A DNA stretch of 64,000 nucleotides from Clostridia bacterium (GTDB taxonomy: Bacteria; Bacillota; Clostridia; Oscillospirales; CAG-272). The stretch's first letter is position 1. Each line of letters opens with the position of its first letter. The stretch spans positions 13,362 to 77,361 of the forward strand of contig JAFTLK010000013.1 in NCBI GenBank assembly GCA_017455975.1. The letters run 5' to 3'. The notes under the pieces are model-generated. The model saw nothing but the letters and a program-made list of their open reading frames with translations, had not been told where the DNA came from and ran no database searches. Positions 1 to 9,746 of the stretch are shown here, in pieces. A program made the translations under genes and the position numbers.

Positions 1-525
1 ATAACAGCCGGCAAGACCGTTTGTGTAGTCGCCGTTATCTGTTGTGATGTCTTCATAGTAGACCTGCGCTGCGGCAAAGCCCTGATCGGTGATTTCCTCA
101 AGCGGGAAATACTTGTCCGGAACGAGCGGACGGAAGTTGATGTGGATGACCAGCGGCACCTTCTGGCGGTTCAGCGGACGACCGGACGGAATCCCGATGG
201 GATGGTTCGGACGGAACAGGCAGACGGGGAAGGAAAATTCGCCCATCGGTGTCGGGACGCAGACGTCAAACCACTCGCCCGTGACCTTACCTGCACACAT
301 ATTGGTTTCGGTCTTGCGGGTTTCGCGGACAGTGACGACGGACGGATCGTCGAGCAGATTGGTGATCGCACCGCCGGGTGCATAGCCGTATTCATTCTCG
401 GACAGAATTGTGCGAAGCTCGGCACGGCGGGCTTCCCATGTTTCGGGGGTGACGGGCGTGCCGTCGATGTGTGTGTAAAGATCCGGCAGAGCACGGATAT
501 CGATTTCGTTTTTCAGAAGGGTCAT
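1..525 (-). CDS. CE15-like (glucuronoyl-esterase family) alpha/beta hydrolase, N-terminal 175 codons; the rest lies outside the window
   Basis: ATG at 525-523. The frame stays open to nt 1 (MTLLKNEIDIRALPDLYTHIDGTPVTPETWEARRA...YYEDITTDNGDYTNGLAGCY). It is a close nt and aa paralog of the N-terminus of ORF 611-1813. Confidence 0.7.
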   Translation of the reverse strand, partial: MTLLKNEIDIRALPDLYTHIDGTPVTPETWEARRAELRTILSENEYGYAPGGAITNLLDDPSVVTVRETRKTETNMCAGKVTGEWFDVCVPTPMGEFSFPVCLFRPNHPIGIPSGRPLNRQKVPLVIHINFRPLVPDKYFPLEEITDQGFAAAQVYYEDITTDNGDYTNGLAGCY

Positions 526-610
526 GATCTTTACCGGGGCTTCAGTTTCAGAAAGCCTTCCTTTCATTGGTTTCCCTTGTTTGTTGCTGCTGCTGCAGTG
601 ATAGCAGAGT

Positions 611-1813
611 TTAATGATAGAAACGGTGTTCAAAGTATGCCAGATACCGGTTCCAGTCTTCACGTGAGAAATAGTGAGTTCCGGGGCGGCAGTGATAGTG
701 AACCCGTCCGCCGCCAAGACGGAATATCTCATCCGCATTGGGATATCGATCGAGCGGCAGGCCGTTGTCCTGCGTCATATCGGCAAAATCGGTGATGACA
801 CCGGTATCCAAAAATTGATTCAGCTGAGCGATGAGTGCGGCGTTCATAAATTCTCTCGCCGGGTCAGCCCAGGAATCTTCCCATGCAGAGCCGATGCACA
901 GTGCACGCGGTGCGATCAGTGCCGTCAGAAAATGCTGGTCAAAGGGCATGTCATATTCATGATCCGCATACTGACGGTAATTCGGGCAGAACCAGAACGG
1001 GAAGACGCGCGAGATGACCTCGACGGTCTCACCGACCTTGTCGCGCGTGATGGCGGCGCCGGAACAGCCGGAGTCGTTGGAGCAGGCGCCGGCAAAGCGG
1101 TCGTCAAACGCGGCGGTGACAAGTGCGGTTTTACCAAGACGGGAGTGACCTGCGACAAAAATCTTGTCGGTATCAATATCGTCGCGGCGCTGCAGAACAT
1201 CCATCAGACGGGAAAGCGCATATGCCCACATGCGGATTTTGCCCCATGCGGTCGGTGTGCGGTTCGCTTCTTCCGTACCGTATTCGGGATAGTGTCCTGC
1301 AAGACCGTTGGTATAATCGCCGTTGTCGGAGGTGATATCCTCATAATAGACTTGAATGGCGGCATAGCCCTGATCGGTGATTTCTTCCAGCGGGAATAAT
1401 CTGTCGGGGACGAGCGGACGGAAGTTGATGTGAATCACCAGCGGAACCCGATCGTCGGTCTGCGGACGCTTTGACGGTCTGCCGACAGGATATTTCGGGC
1501 GGAACAGTCCGACGGGGAAGGAAAATTCTCCCATCGGTGTCGGAAAGCAAACATCAAACCACTCTCCGATGACCTTGCCTGCACACATGTTGGTATCGGG
1601 CTTGCGGGTCTGGCGGACAGTGACGACGGAAGGATCGTCGATCTGGTTGGTGATTGCACCGCCGGGTGCATAACCGTATTCGTGCTCGGACAGAATCGTG
1701 CGAAGTTCGGCACGGCGCCGCTCCCACGTTTCGGGAGTGACGGGTGTTCCGTCGATATGTGTATAAAGATCCGGCAGGGCGCGCAGATCTATTTCATTCT
1801 TCAGGAGCGTCAT
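611..1813 (-). CDS. CE15-like glucuronoyl esterase / alpha/beta hydrolase
   Basis: 400-aa ORF with a nucleophile-elbow motif VAGHSRLGKTAL resembling the CE15 G-x-S-R-x-G signature. GGAGAG RBS upstream of the ATG at 1813. Confidence 0.6.
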   Translation of the reverse strand: MTLLKNEIDLRALPDLYTHIDGTPVTPETWERRRAELRTILSEHEYGYAPGGAITNQIDDPSVVTVRQTRKPDTNMCAGKVIGEWFDVCFPTPMGEFSFPVGLFRPKYPVGRPSKRPQTDDRVPLVIHINFRPLVPDRLFPLEEITDQGYAAIQVYYEDITSDNGDYTNGLAGHYPEYGTEEANRTPTAWGKIRMWAYALSRLMDVLQRRDDIDTDKIFVAGHSRLGKTALVTAAFDDRFAGACSNDSGCSGAAITRDKVGETVEVISRVFPFWFCPNYRQYADHEYDMPFDQHFLTALIAPRALCIGSAWEDSWADPAREFMNAALIAQLNQFLDTGVITDFADMTQDNGLPLDRYPNADEIFRLGGGRVHYHCRPGTHYFSREDWNRYLAYFEHRFYH

Positions 1814-1831
1814 GGTATGCTCTCCATTGGA

Positions 1832-2125
1832 TCAGTCAAAACAAATGGGCGTGTTGGAAACAGCGGAACGCGGCTCTGCCATATAGTCAGCGACGGTCTC
1901 GCGCCACTTGTTGTAGTGCTCGGTCGTCTTGTGGAATGCCACGGCATCCGCATCAGCGAAGACCTCATACAGCGTGAAACGGGTCGGGTCGTCCTTGTTC
2001 CACAGCACGTCAAAGCGGACATTGCCGGGTTCCTTGCGGGTATTGTTGTGATTGTAGGTGGTGATTTCCTTGAACTGCTCGATATACTCGGGCTTGACGT
2101 GTACGGATACGAGATTGGCGATCAT
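1832..2125 (-). CDS. antibiotic-biosynthesis-monooxygenase (ABM) domain protein
   Basis: About 97 aa, MIANLVSVHVKPEYIEQFKEIT...RFDVLWNKDDPTRFTLYEVF, typical ABM ferredoxin-like fold sequence. AAAGGAGA RBS 7 nt before the ATG at 2125; the track ORF begins at an upstream TTG (2146). Confidence 0.6.
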   Translation of the reverse strand: MIANLVSVHVKPEYIEQFKEITTYNHNNTRKEPGNVRFDVLWNKDDPTRFTLYEVFADADAVAFHKTTEHYNKWRETVADYMAEPRSAVSNTPICFD

Positions 2126-2274
2126 AATGGGTATCTCCTTTGACAAAATTTTGTTGGTTTCAGTATATCACAGAATTGAAAAATTGGCAAGGGTTTGCGG
2201 AAAATAATACTTGATTTTTTTCATGCGGTATGATACTATATATATAATGAAATATCATCGGAAAAACAGGAGGA

Positions 2275-4245
2275 ATGTTCACGATGAAACTGCATAATTA
2301 CACGATCATGCCGCTGGATACCGACCACCTCGAGGAAATCTGTGAGGATATCCGTGCCCAGTATGAAAACGGAACCGCAACATGTGCGTTATTTATGATG
2401 ACGCTTGTTCCGGAGGGCAATCCGCCGGTGGACAAGGTCGGACTTCTTTGCAAAAAGTACGATTTGTTCCGTGCGCGTCTTGCGGCTATGGGGCTTGGCA
2501 GCGGCGTTCTGGTGCAGGCAAGCATCGGACACGGCTGGGTGCTCTCGGAAATGTATCCCTTCCAGTCGTATACCGGCATCGACAGCGGCGATACCCTCCG
2601 CGTGGTCTGCCCGTATGACGAGGGCTTCCGCGAATATATCAAAAACGCATTTACTGTGATTGCATCGCACAAGCCCGATACAATTATGCTTGACGACGAC
2701 TTCCGTTTGCTGTCCGCACGTCTCGGCGGATGCGGATGTCCCCTGCACGTCGCACGCTTCAACGAACTGTGGGGTGAGGGCGCATCCTTTACCCGCGAGG
2801 AAATCAGCGCAATGCTCGGCGATCCCGGTGAGATCGGTGACCGCGCAAACGAGATCTTCATCCATACCCAGCATGAGGCGATGCTTGACTGCGCACGCCT
2901 GATGCGGGAAGGCATTGACGAAGTCGATCCGACCCTGCCCGGTACCTTCTGCTGTGTCGGCAACAACGTCGAATGTGCCGCGGAAATCGCCGCGATTCTG
3001 GCAGGAGAGGGCAATCCGCGCGTTGTGCGTCTGAACAACGGGCATTATACCCAGCCGTGCAACCACAATTTCTCCAATGTCTTCCGAAACGCCGCGGAAT
3101 CGGTTGCAAAGCTGCGTGACCGCGTCGATGTGATTCTGGCCGAAACCGATACCTGTCCGCAGAACCGCTATTCCACGTCAGCAGCCTCTCTGCATACGCA
3201 CTTCACCGGGACGATTTTGGAGGGTGCGCGCGGTGCAAAGCATTGGATTACGCGCCTGCATGCGTGGGAGCCGGAGTGCGGTGCTTCCTATCGCCGTCTG
3301 CTTGGCAAATACCGCGGCTTTTACGAAGCACTGGCAGAGCTGGTTCCGCATCTGCACCACCGCGGCTTCTGTATTCCCGTCACGGGAACGCCGCAGTTTG
3401 ACCGCCGCAAGATTTCCGGCGGCAGTGCGGGATGGTCATCCACCGTGCTCGAGCGTCTGGGACTTCCGATGTTCTTCTCTGCCGAGCCGCAGGGCATTGT
3501 CTGCTTTGACGGTGCGTCCGATGCCGTTTATACCGACGGGCAGCTTGAAAAAGCACTGTCCGGTGCGGTCATGCTGTCCTCAGATGCGGCAGCGCATCTG
3601 ATCGGACGCGGATACGGCGACGATCTCGGTGTTGCTGTCCGCGACTGGACGGGAGCGCAGCCCAGCTATGAAATTCTGCCGTTCAGAAGCAATGAATGCT
3701 CGGTACAGCAGCACATCCGTGAACTGGTTGTGCAAAGTGATGATGTAAAAGCACTCTCCGCCGTGTATCACTCTGTCGACCGCGTCAATCCGAAGTACCT
3801 GTTCCCCGGTGCAACGGCATACAAAAACGCACGCGGCGGCAATGCGTTTGTCTTCGCCGGAACGCCGAATGTCCCCTACGGACTGACGACCTCCTTTGCT
3901 TTCCTCAACCTGTCCCGCAAGCAGCAGCTGATCGATATCCTGCGCATGGCGGGAGAATGTCCCGTCTATTACGCAGGGGATGAAGAAGTGTACTTCCGTG
4001 CGGCAAATGTTGACACGGCGGCAGGCGCTGCTGACGGAACGCTGTTCTGCGCCGTGTTCAATCTCGGCATGGATCCGATTGAAGAAATCGTCCTCGGCTG
4101 CGAGACAATACCGCAGAGAATTGAGATGCTCGACTGTGACGGTACACGCAAGCCTCTGTCCTTTACCTGCAATCCGGAGAACGGTACTGTCACCGTTGAT
4201 GTGCCGGCGTATACGCTGATGCCGGTCGTCCTGCTGCTCTCCTGA
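2275..4245 (+). CDS. conserved hypothetical protein, function unknown (carbohydrate-utilisation context)
   Basis: 656-aa ORF with GC3-rich coding signal. AGGAGG precedes it; an alternative ATG lies at 2284. Directly upstream of the GH2 gene. No motif I can name. Confidence 0.5.
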   Translation: MFTMKLHNYTIMPLDTDHLEEICEDIRAQYENGTATCALFMMTLVPEGNPPVDKVGLLCKKYDLFRARLAAMGLGSGVLVQASIGHGWVLSEMYPFQSYTGIDSGDTLRVVCPYDEGFREYIKNAFTVIASHKPDTIMLDDDFRLLSARLGGCGCPLHVARFNELWGEGASFTREEISAMLGDPGEIGDRANEIFIHTQHEAMLDCARLMREGIDEVDPTLPGTFCCVGNNVECAAEIAAILAGEGNPRVVRLNNGHYTQPCNHNFSNVFRNAAESVAKLRDRVDVILAETDTCPQNRYSTSAASLHTHFTGTILEGARGAKHWITRLHAWEPECGASYRRLLGKYRGFYEALAELVPHLHHRGFCIPVTGTPQFDRRKISGGSAGWSSTVLERLGLPMFFSAEPQGIVCFDGASDAVYTDGQLEKALSGAVMLSSDAAAHLIGRGYGDDLGVAVRDWTGAQPSYEILPFRSNECSVQQHIRELVVQSDDVKALSAVYHSVDRVNPKYLFPGATAYKNARGGNAFVFAGTPNVPYGLTTSFAFLNLSRKQQLIDILRMAGECPVYYAGDEEVYFRAANVDTAAGAADGTLFCAVFNLGMDPIEEIVLGCETIPQRIEMLDCDGTRKPLSFTCNPENGTVTVDVPAYTLMPVVLLLS

Positions 4246-4288
4246 TATATGACAACAGAATCCATCCATACAGAAAGGAATACAAGAA

Positions 4289-6631
4289 ATGCTGAAAAAC
4301 TGTTTTGACCTTTGCGGCACATGGACGATGTTCTATGCCGAAAACCGCAATGTAAAGAAAATCAAAGAAGCCATTACCACGACCGCCGATGCCAAGCGTC
4401 TGATCTATTCCTCCGTCGAGGGAACTGTCCCCGGCAATTTTGAGCTTGATCTGCACCGTGCAGGTCTGATCGGCGACCTGTACTTCGGCACCAATACGCT
4501 CGAGATGCAGAAGCTGGAAAACCTGCATCTGTGGTACTGCCGCACCTTTACCTATCACGGTACAGCGGATGAAAACACGATGCTCCGCTTTGAGGGCATT
4601 GATACCGTCGCGGAAATTTATCTGAACGGCAAGCTCTTGCAGAAAGTCTCCAATATGTTCTTAACCTATGAGATTCCCGTACCGGATCTCATCGACGGCG
4701 AAAACGACCTTGTTGTTCATATTCTTCCCGCGACCATCGCTGTCCGCGAGCATGCCGTACCCGTGTCTGCCAACGCGCTGAAGTATAACTACGAATCGCT
4801 CTATATCCGCAAGGCCGCATCGATGTACGGCTGGGATATCATGCCGCGCATTGTGTCCGCCGGCATCTGGAAGCCTGTTTCGCTGATTCAGAAGAAGCCC
4901 GACCGCATCGACGATGTGTTCATTTATCCGAACTGGCTCGGAAGTGACGTGACCAACCTCTGCGTCTTCTTCAATCTGACGATTGACAAGGATTTCCTGC
5001 ACGACTTCAAGATCCGTGTCCGCGGTGTCTGCGGCGATTCCACCTTTGAAGGCGAGCGCGAAATTCTGCATACCTCCCACCGCTTTGATATCCGCGTGGC
5101 CAATCCGAAGCTGTGGTGGCCGAAGAATGCCGGCGAGCAGAATCTGTACGACGTGACCGTTGAGCTGCTCTACTGCGGACAGGTCGTCGATACGCACACG
5201 ATGCGCACCGGTATCCGCACGGTCGAGCTGTCCCGCACCTCTACCACCGACAAGGACGGCAACGGCGATTTCTGCTTCATCATCAACGGCAAGCGCGTCT
5301 TTGCTATGGGTACCAACTGGGTTCCGCTCGATGCGTTCCATTCCAATGATGTGAACCGCATTCAGCCTGCCATCGACATGGCGGTCGATCTCGGTTGCAA
5401 TATCATCCGTCTTTGGGGCGGCAATGTCTACGAAAATCAGAAGTTCTTTGATCTGTGCGACGAGCACGGCATCATGGTCTGGCAGGACTTCGGCATGGGA
5501 TGTGCGGCGTATCCGCAGGAGCAGAAGTTCCTTGATATGCTCGCGCCCGAAATTGAATTTGTGGTCAAGCAGTGCAGAAACCATCCGTCACTCGTTCTGT
5601 GGGCAGGTGACAATGAATGTGACTTTGCGTTCGGCTGGGCAGGCACAAAGCGCGACCCCAACGACAATGTTATCACACGCAAGCTGATTCCCGAGCTGCT
5701 CCGCATCCACGATTTCACACGTCCGTATCTGCCGTCCTCTCCTTACGTGGACGATTATGCATACAAGACGGGCGAGCCGATCTCCGAGGATCACCTGTGG
5801 GGACCGCGTGACTACTTCAAGGGTGAGTATTATAAAAATACCGTCTGTCATTTTGCATCGGAAACCGGCTATCACGGCTGCCCGTCGCCCAAATCCCTTG
5901 AAAAGTTTATGACCAAAGAAACGCTGTGGCCGATCTTTGACGAAAACGGCATCCCCGGCAAGGAATGGCTCGTGCACGCGGCTTGTATGCGTGCCGATAT
6001 GTCCGACCCGTATTCCTACCGCATCGGACTGATGGCAAAACAGGTTCAGACCTTGTTTGGGGAGATGCCCGACAATCTCGACGACTTTGCCCTGATGAGC
6101 CAGATTTCGCAGGCGGAGGCAAAGAAGTACTTCATCGAGCGCTTCCGCATCACGCGCGGACGCCGCAACGGCATCATCTGGTGGAATCTCGTCGACGGCT
6201 GGCCGCAGATCACCGACGCGATTGTCGATTACAACTACTGCAAGAAGCTCGCTTATCACTACATCAAGCGCTCTCAGCAGCCCGTCATGCTTGCCTTTGA
6301 CGAGCCGGAGAGCGATACCGCAATGACGCTGTACGGCATCAACGATACGACAAAGGACGTTACCGTTTCCTACCGTGTCCGCAATATTACCGACGGTACG
6401 GTCGTTGCCAAGGCATCCGCGGCACTTTCGGCAGAAAAGAGCAATCGCCTTCTGACCATCGACATTGAAAAGGACGAGAAGAAGTTCTACGTCATGGAAT
6501 GGGAATACACCGACGGCGAAACTGTCACGCGCGGCAAAAACCACTTCCACACGAATCTGATCGATGTTGATTACAAGGCTTACAGGACTGCCATGGAGAC
6601 GGCAGGTATGCTGGAGATCGAGGGATTCTGA
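4289..6631 (+). CDS. glycoside hydrolase family 2, beta-mannosidase-like
   Basis: 780 aa. GH2-type blocks include WWPKNAGEQNLYDVTVEL, NGKRVFAMGTNWVPLDAF and IRLWGGNVYENQKFFDLCDEHGIMVWQDF. GAAAGGAA RBS. Confidence 0.8.
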   Translation: MLKNCFDLCGTWTMFYAENRNVKKIKEAITTTADAKRLIYSSVEGTVPGNFELDLHRAGLIGDLYFGTNTLEMQKLENLHLWYCRTFTYHGTADENTMLRFEGIDTVAEIYLNGKLLQKVSNMFLTYEIPVPDLIDGENDLVVHILPATIAVREHAVPVSANALKYNYESLYIRKAASMYGWDIMPRIVSAGIWKPVSLIQKKPDRIDDVFIYPNWLGSDVTNLCVFFNLTIDKDFLHDFKIRVRGVCGDSTFEGEREILHTSHRFDIRVANPKLWWPKNAGEQNLYDVTVELLYCGQVVDTHTMRTGIRTVELSRTSTTDKDGNGDFCFIINGKRVFAMGTNWVPLDAFHSNDVNRIQPAIDMAVDLGCNIIRLWGGNVYENQKFFDLCDEHGIMVWQDFGMGCAAYPQEQKFLDMLAPEIEFVVKQCRNHPSLVLWAGDNECDFAFGWAGTKRDPNDNVITRKLIPELLRIHDFTRPYLPSSPYVDDYAYKTGEPISEDHLWGPRDYFKGEYYKNTVCHFASETGYHGCPSPKSLEKFMTKETLWPIFDENGIPGKEWLVHAACMRADMSDPYSYRIGLMAKQVQTLFGEMPDNLDDFALMSQISQAEAKKYFIERFRITRGRRNGIIWWNLVDGWPQITDAIVDYNYCKKLAYHYIKRSQQPVMLAFDEPESDTAMTLYGINDTTKDVTVSYRVRNITDGTVVAKASAALSAEKSNRLLTIDIEKDEKKFYVMEWEYTDGETVTRGKNHFHTNLIDVDYKAYRTAMETAGMLEIEGF

Positions 6632-6669
6632 CAGATAGGGACAGATAGGGTGACGGTTCGCACTCGAAC

Positions 6670-6902
6670 CAAGCCTTCCCTGGTGAGGGAAGGTGGATTT
6701 TGATAAAAATGCGGAAGCGTTTTTATCAAAAGACGGATGAGTCGTCTGCACGCCGGCAAGGCAGCACAACGAAAGATTACAAGATGCAAACATTGTATGT
6801 ATGGCAATTTTGGTATCATCTCATGAAAAAGCAACAGGAGAACGACTCATCCGTCACACGCCCTATGGGCGCGCGACACCTTCCCTCACCAGGGAAGGCT
6901 TG
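6670..6902. repeat. nested inverted-repeat element (REP/BIME- or MITE-like)
   Basis: Perfect 26-bp arms: CAAGCCTTCCCTGGTGAGGGAAGGTG (6670-6695) and its reverse complement (6877-6902). Perfect inner 14-bp arms at 6732-6745 / 6842-6855. A 12-bp AT hairpin at 6698-6709 / 6720-6731. Confidence 0.8.
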
Positions 6903-6977
6903 GATGCTGGTACGCCCGTCGTTGTCTCTCTGCTTTTATGATTATCGTATTCACAACTGATAAAAGGAAAAACAACC

Positions 6978-7985
6978 ATGAAATACATCGGACTGGATAT
7001 CGGCGGCACCAAATGTGCCGTCTGTATCGGTGAGGTCACGGACGGTGTCCTGACGCTCATCGACAAGGAAAAATTTGCAACAGGCAAGGGACGCGATCCC
7101 TATGAGGTCATGGGTGAGCTGTATGCCCATTCCGTATCCCTGCTTGAAAAACACGGCATGACCTTTTCGGACATTGCCGGCATCGGTATTTCCTGCGGAG
7201 GACCGCTCGATGCCAACGCCGGCGTGATTCTGTCCCCGCCCAATCTGCCCGGCTGGGATCATATTGAGATTGTCAAATATTTTGAAGAAAAGACAGGCGT
7301 GAAGACGTATCTGCAGAACGACGCCAACGCCTGTGCCGTTGCCGAGTGGAAATTCGGCGCGGGACGCGACCCCGAAACGGGCAAGTGCGTCGACAATATG
7401 GTCTTCTGCACATTTGGAACGGGACTTGGTGCCGGACTGATTCTCGGCGGACGGCTGTACTCCGGCACCTCCGACATGGCGGGCGAGGTCGGACACATCC
7501 GTCTGACCCCGGCAGATGCCGACTATCCGCAGCCCATCGGCTACGGCAAACGCGGCTCGGCGGAGGGCTATTGCTCCGGCGGCGGCATTGCACAGCTCGG
7601 CTGCATTGCTGTGGAGCGGACACTGGCAAACGGCGAGGAACCGCGTCTTTGGCTGGAGGCGGAGAAAAACTACGACAACATCACGGCAAAGCTGATTGCC
7701 GATCTGGCGGATGCGGGTGACGAACTGTGTCTTGGTATCTATCAGACCTGTGCAAACAAGCTCGGTCAGACGCTGTCCATTCTCATTGATTTATTGAATC
7801 CGCAGCTGATCGTCCTCGGCGGTATCTTCATGCGTTCCGCGCATCTGCTCCGTGAGACGATGGAGGACGTGATTGCACACGAAACGCTCGGTTTTGCAAG
7901 TGATGTCTGTAAGGTGGTTCCGGCAGGGCTGGGAGAGACCATCGGTGACTATGCCGCGCTGTCCGTTGCAACCGGAAATTTCTAA
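6978..7985 (+). CDS. ROK-family sugar kinase
   Basis: 335 aa. N-terminal MKYIGLDIGGTKCAV ATP-binding motif, ROK-like GAGLILGGRLYSGTSDMAGEVGH block. Confidence 0.75.
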   Translation: MKYIGLDIGGTKCAVCIGEVTDGVLTLIDKEKFATGKGRDPYEVMGELYAHSVSLLEKHGMTFSDIAGIGISCGGPLDANAGVILSPPNLPGWDHIEIVKYFEEKTGVKTYLQNDANACAVAEWKFGAGRDPETGKCVDNMVFCTFGTGLGAGLILGGRLYSGTSDMAGEVGHIRLTPADADYPQPIGYGKRGSAEGYCSGGGIAQLGCIAVERTLANGEEPRLWLEAEKNYDNITAKLIADLADAGDELCLGIYQTCANKLGQTLSILIDLLNPQLIVLGGIFMRSAHLLRETMEDVIAHETLGFASDVCKVVPAGLGETIGDYAALSVATGNF

Positions 7986-8012
7986 AGGAACATATATCAG
8001 GAGAAATAACAT

Positions 8013-8666
8013 ATGAAACAGTCTGTACGCGCACATTACGACCTGCTGCTTGAACGCTATCCCGCATTGGAAGCACAGGGCAAACACATTCTTTCCATGT
8101 TTGAGATCATGGCAGACGCTTACTACGCAGGCGGAAAACTGCTGGTCTGCGGCAACGGCGGCTCCTGTGCCGATGCCGAGCACATCGTCGGTGAGCTGAT
8201 GAAGTGCTTTCTGATCCGCCGCCCGATTTCCGATGCGCTGTATTCCGCACTTTCTGCGTACGGCAAAGACGGTGAGGCGCTGAAAGCCAACCTCGAGGGT
8301 GCGCTTCCGGCGATCTCCCTCTGCGGACATAACGCCCTGACAACGGCATATCTCAACGATACTGAGCCGACGATGACCTTTGCACAGCAGGTGGTCGGGT
8401 TCGGCCGCCGCGGTGATGTTCTGCTTGCCATCTCCACCTCGGGAAACTCCAAAAACTGCGTCTATGCGGCAACCGTTGCACGGGCAATGGGACTCAAAGT
8501 TCTTGCGCTGACGGGCGAAAAGCCGTCGAAGCTGTCGGAATTGGCTGACGTGACCGTGCAGGCACCGTCCTCGGAAACCTTCAAGATTCAAGAATATCAT
8601 CTTCCGATTTATCACGCACTCTGCGCGATGCTGGAAGCGGAATTCTTCGGCGATGCGGGGATGTGA
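8013..8666 (+). CDS. SIS-domain sugar-phosphate isomerase (GmhA/DiaA-like)
   Basis: 217 aa. Carries GGKLLVCGNGGSCADAEHIVGEL and LLAISTSGNSKN, typical of phosphoheptose-isomerase-type SIS domains. Confidence 0.7.
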   Translation: MKQSVRAHYDLLLERYPALEAQGKHILSMFEIMADAYYAGGKLLVCGNGGSCADAEHIVGELMKCFLIRRPISDALYSALSAYGKDGEALKANLEGALPAISLCGHNALTTAYLNDTEPTMTFAQQVVGFGRRGDVLLAISTSGNSKNCVYAATVARAMGLKVLALTGEKPSKLSELADVTVQAPSSETFKIQEYHLPIYHALCAMLEAEFFGDAGM

Positions 8667-8672
8667 TGACGG

Positions 8673-9743
8673 ATGACGAAACAGAAGACCTATGCAGAGC
8701 TCGATTGCTTCAATGCGATCGCGTGTCTGCTTGTGATCCTGATTCATGTGCTGTCCATCGGCATTACCTCGCTTGAGAAAACCTCCGTGCAGCTTGCTGT
8801 CATCTACCTGCCGTGGAAGCTGGCGGCTTATGTCGTGCCGGGCTTTCTGTTTACCGGGGCTGTCAAAATGGCACTCGGCTTTGATGACCGTGCGCTGACG
8901 CTGTCCGGATACGCAAAATACATCCGGCGGCGGATTCTGAAAATATATCTGCCGTATGTCCTGTGGGTCGGCATTTACTATCTGTATTTTCTGCGGATCG
9001 GCTGGGTCAAGCCGGGAATCGGCGTTTTTCTGCGGTATGTCTTTGTCGGGGATCTCTCCTCACCGTTTTACTATGTCGTAACGGTCATGCAGTTTTATCT
9101 GCTGATGCCGCTGTGGCGGTGGATGACGAAGCGGATTCCGTGGTTTGCGGCGATTCTGACCGCAGGCATCGTCACGCTCGGGATGCTGTATTCCGAGGGG
9201 ATCCTGTCGCAGATGGGAATTGCCTTTGCATACCGTGACCGCGTCTTTCCGTCGTATCTGATCTTCTGGGTAATCGGGCTGTATGCAGGAAAGTACTATG
9301 ACACCGTCCGTGAGGCGCTGAAACGGCATACCGCTTCTGTGTTTGCAATGCTGATTCCGGTTGCACTTTACGGCATCGGTATGCTGGTACAGCACGCAAA
9401 AGGCATCTGGCTGTTTGACGGCAATGTCATCAAGATGTTCTCCGACTGTATCACCATCTGCGTGATGCTCACACTCTGCATCCGCATTGCCGACGGGAAT
9501 TGTGCCGCGATCAGGAACCCGCTTGTGTGGATCTGCCGCGCATCGTTTACCGTTTATCTGTCGCACTGCCTGTTTCTGCAGCTCATCAGTGCGGAGATTG
9601 CCGAACACAGCATTACGGACATCGGCGTTCAGCTGATTCTGCGCGCGGCGGTCTGCTATACCGCACCGTTTGTGCTGTGGTACGGCTGGTACTGGGCAAA
9701 AAAGGGGATCCATATTCTTTGCAGGAAAAGAAAGGCGGCATAA
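8673..9743 (+). CDS. acyltransferase family 3 (AT3) integral membrane protein
   Basis: 356 aa, about 10 hydrophobic segments. The N-terminal DCFNAIACLLVILIHV resembles the AT3 conserved His region. Confidence 0.6.
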   Translation: MTKQKTYAELDCFNAIACLLVILIHVLSIGITSLEKTSVQLAVIYLPWKLAAYVVPGFLFTGAVKMALGFDDRALTLSGYAKYIRRRILKIYLPYVLWVGIYYLYFLRIGWVKPGIGVFLRYVFVGDLSSPFYYVVTVMQFYLLMPLWRWMTKRIPWFAAILTAGIVTLGMLYSEGILSQMGIAFAYRDRVFPSYLIFWVIGLYAGKYYDTVREALKRHTASVFAMLIPVALYGIGMLVQHAKGIWLFDGNVIKMFSDCITICVMLTLCIRIADGNCAAIRNPLVWICRASFTVYLSHCLFLQLISAEIAEHSITDIGVQLILRAAVCYTAPFVLWYGWYWAKKGIHILCRKRKAA

Positions 9744-9746
9744 GCT

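Noticed and set aside
6700-6960. An 86-aa ORF in the GH2 / ROK-kinase intergenic region
   Set aside because: It lies entirely within the nested inverted-repeat element, has no RBS, and has an atypical composition. The palindromic DNA explains the open frame.
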